From NCBI GenBank assembly GCA_963775465.1, contig CAVZIW010000001.1, positions 192,001 through 256,000 on the forward strand: 64,000 nt of DNA, written 5' to 3'. The stretch comes from Candidatus Bathyarchaeota archaeon (GTDB lineage: Archaea > Thermoproteota > Bathyarchaeia > Bathyarchaeales > Bathycorpusculaceae). This document shows, piece after piece, positions 62,606 to 64,000 of the stretch. The translations under genes were made by a program, and so were the position numbers. The notes under the pieces were generated by a model, which was given only the letters and a program-made list of their open reading frames with translations, ran no database searches and was not told the origin of the DNA. The stretch's first letter is position 1; each line of letters opens with the position of its first letter.

Positions 62606-62923
62606 ACGCCTGAATATTTAGTCTTGCTGAAACTAAACCCAACAAAATTAGCAGAATCTCTCGGAGCAATTAGGAATATGGATGAGAAACCAGTTTCCGG
62701 AGTTGATCTACTATATAGCATGAACATCTTTGGCTCTTGGGACGTCGGTGTATGGATCGATGCACAAGAAAGTAATCAAGCTGTAGATTTTGTCCAGAAA
62801 AAAATGAAAAACCTAACAGGAGTCACAGAGGTATACACGCTGCCAACATTCCCACATGGAAACGGAACTAAAAATAGCAACAGCAAGAGTTCTGAAGAAA
62901 AGAAAACTCCTTTAGAAATTTAA
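62606..62923 (+). CDS. Stand-alone Lrp/AsnC-like ligand-binding domain protein
   Basis: YLVLLKL...FGSWDV......GVTEVYT; AGGAGGT at 62591-62597 precedes an in-frame ACG at 62606. Confidence 0.65.
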   Translation, partial: TPEYLVLLKLNPTKLAESLGAIRNMDEKPVSGVDLLYSMNIFGSWDVGVWIDAQESNQAVDFVQKKMKNLTGVTEVYTLPTFPHGNGTKNSNSKSSEEKKTPLEI

Positions 62924-63099
62924 GAAGATAAAGCAGCTGCTCAAAAATAGCTCTTTTTCTTTCACTAACCAAATTTTCTTAATTTTTAATTCAAGTGCAC
63001 GATAAAATTGTTTCAGCAATCATTCTATCTTAAAATTAATAGTCCAAATTCACAAGAACTAATAAAATGGAAGAAATATTGATATCGAGTGAAAAGTAG

Positions 63100-64000
63100 A
63101 TGGAAAACACCGAGACAGTGCCACAAAAGGTTGTTGATCAAAAGACCATCATACTTAAGAGTCGCTTAGATAAAGACGCAGCAAAGTTGCTCGGTGAAAA
63201 TAAAAAAACAGACTTCTTTAAAAAAATATTTTTCCTTAAACCTCGAGCAAGAGAAATTTCACTAATTAGTTTTTCTAAATATTACGAGCCACTAGTCGTT
63301 ATCGGTGGAAAATACTCAATTGATTATTGTAAAAAACACGTACTTGAACTCAAGACCAATAATGAAGTACAGAGTATTTTTGTTGGTGGAGAAAAGATGA
63401 GAGCAATGTCAACGAATTTCGATAAAAATCCCAGAATTTTCAGAATTACTGGTGAAGAGCACGCTCATTATGAAAATGAAACATACTTCTTATTAGATAG
63501 AGTTATGAGAGAAATTTCACCTGATAAATTTCATCTTGCACCTTTTGAAAACACAAATGATACTCTTGAATGTGATAAGTTCGATTATAAGAAGATAAAT
63601 TTCTCTCTGGAAGACGAAATAGTATTTCTTAGATCAAGGTTGGTAAGAAGACCTACAAATGCAGAGTGGATTATTAGAGAAATATTTGAAATTAACGATC
63701 GCCTAATTATTTACAACCCGGTTTATGAACTTACGTTTCAAAACTCAAAAACGTCAAGAGCGCTCACAATGTTAGTTGATGGTGTAACTGGTCAGATTTC
63801 TGTTGTTGATTTTATCAAAACTAACCACAAAACTGACAGTCAAGAAGCCCCATTTCCAAATGATGTTAAGAAAGTTAAGAGCGTCATTTCTCAAGAGAGT
63901 GAAAACGAAATTTCGAAACCAATTATCAATTCATCCGATTTAATTAAGCCCTTGAACGAAGAGGAAAAAAATAGTACACAACGAAAAACAAGTTTTTCTA
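63100..64000 (+). CDS. Hypothetical protein (partial, runs off the right edge)
   Basis: Frame from ATG 63100: MENTETVPQKVVDQKTIILKSRLD...KYYEPLVVIGGKYSIDYC...; absent from the ORF track, consistent with no stop in the window. Confidence 0.75.
   Translation, partial: MENTETVPQKVVDQKTIILKSRLDKDAAKLLGENKKTDFFKKIFFLKPRAREISLISFSKYYEPLVVIGGKYSIDYCKKHVLELKTNNEVQSIFVGGEKMRAMSTNFDKNPRIFRITGEEHAHYENETYFLLDRVMREISPDKFHLAPFENTNDTLECDKFDYKKINFSLEDEIVFLRSRLVRRPTNAEWIIREIFEINDRLIIYNPVYELTFQNSKTSRALTMLVDGVTGQISVVDFIKTNHKTDSQEAPFPNDVKKVKSVISQESENEISKPIINSSDLIKPLNEEEKNSTQRKTSFS

Noticed and set aside
1-64000. CRISPR arrays, intact transposases, rRNA genes, and the many antisense/overlapping ORFs in the track
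   Set aside because: No regularly spaced repeats, transposase motifs or rRNA were seen; the antisense ORFs are shadows of well-supported genes.

Overview
Low-GC archaeal chromosomal window, most consistent with Bathyarchaeia. This is an inference from three large secreted PQQ-like beta-propeller paralogs, a TrmB regulator, a Cren7-like protein, a C/D box sRNA and archaeal TFS/TrmI/POR genes. Core content: tRNA-Phe(GAA), a compact methanofuran operon (mfnB-mfnA-mfnD-mfnF-mfnE), rubrerythrin, trmI, a KamA-like radical SAM, TFS, grpE-dnaK-dnaJ, acs-satP, a P-type ATPase, asnS, MFS and CDF transporters, and porG-D-A-B. The strongest novel-system candidate is the six-gene operon divergent from the mfn genes (11213-16225). 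It joins a double-cubane-cluster-protein (DCCP)-like reductase, a heterodimeric BzdP/BzdQ-type ATPase pair, a BzdM-like ferredoxin and two membrane redox proteins, with no BzdN/BzdO. Signals missing from the ORF track include two decayed copies of the tRNA-Phe 3' end bounding ~1 kb cassettes, a ~150-nt rod-like hairpin with its own TATA box, a C/D box guide against 23S helices 69-71, three Lys/Arg-rich microproteins, a tyrosine-integrase relic, and a 71-bp perfect identity tract between two diverged paralogs. Several single-base lesions may be consensus errors. All family calls come from motif recognition and recalled sequences; no searches were run.
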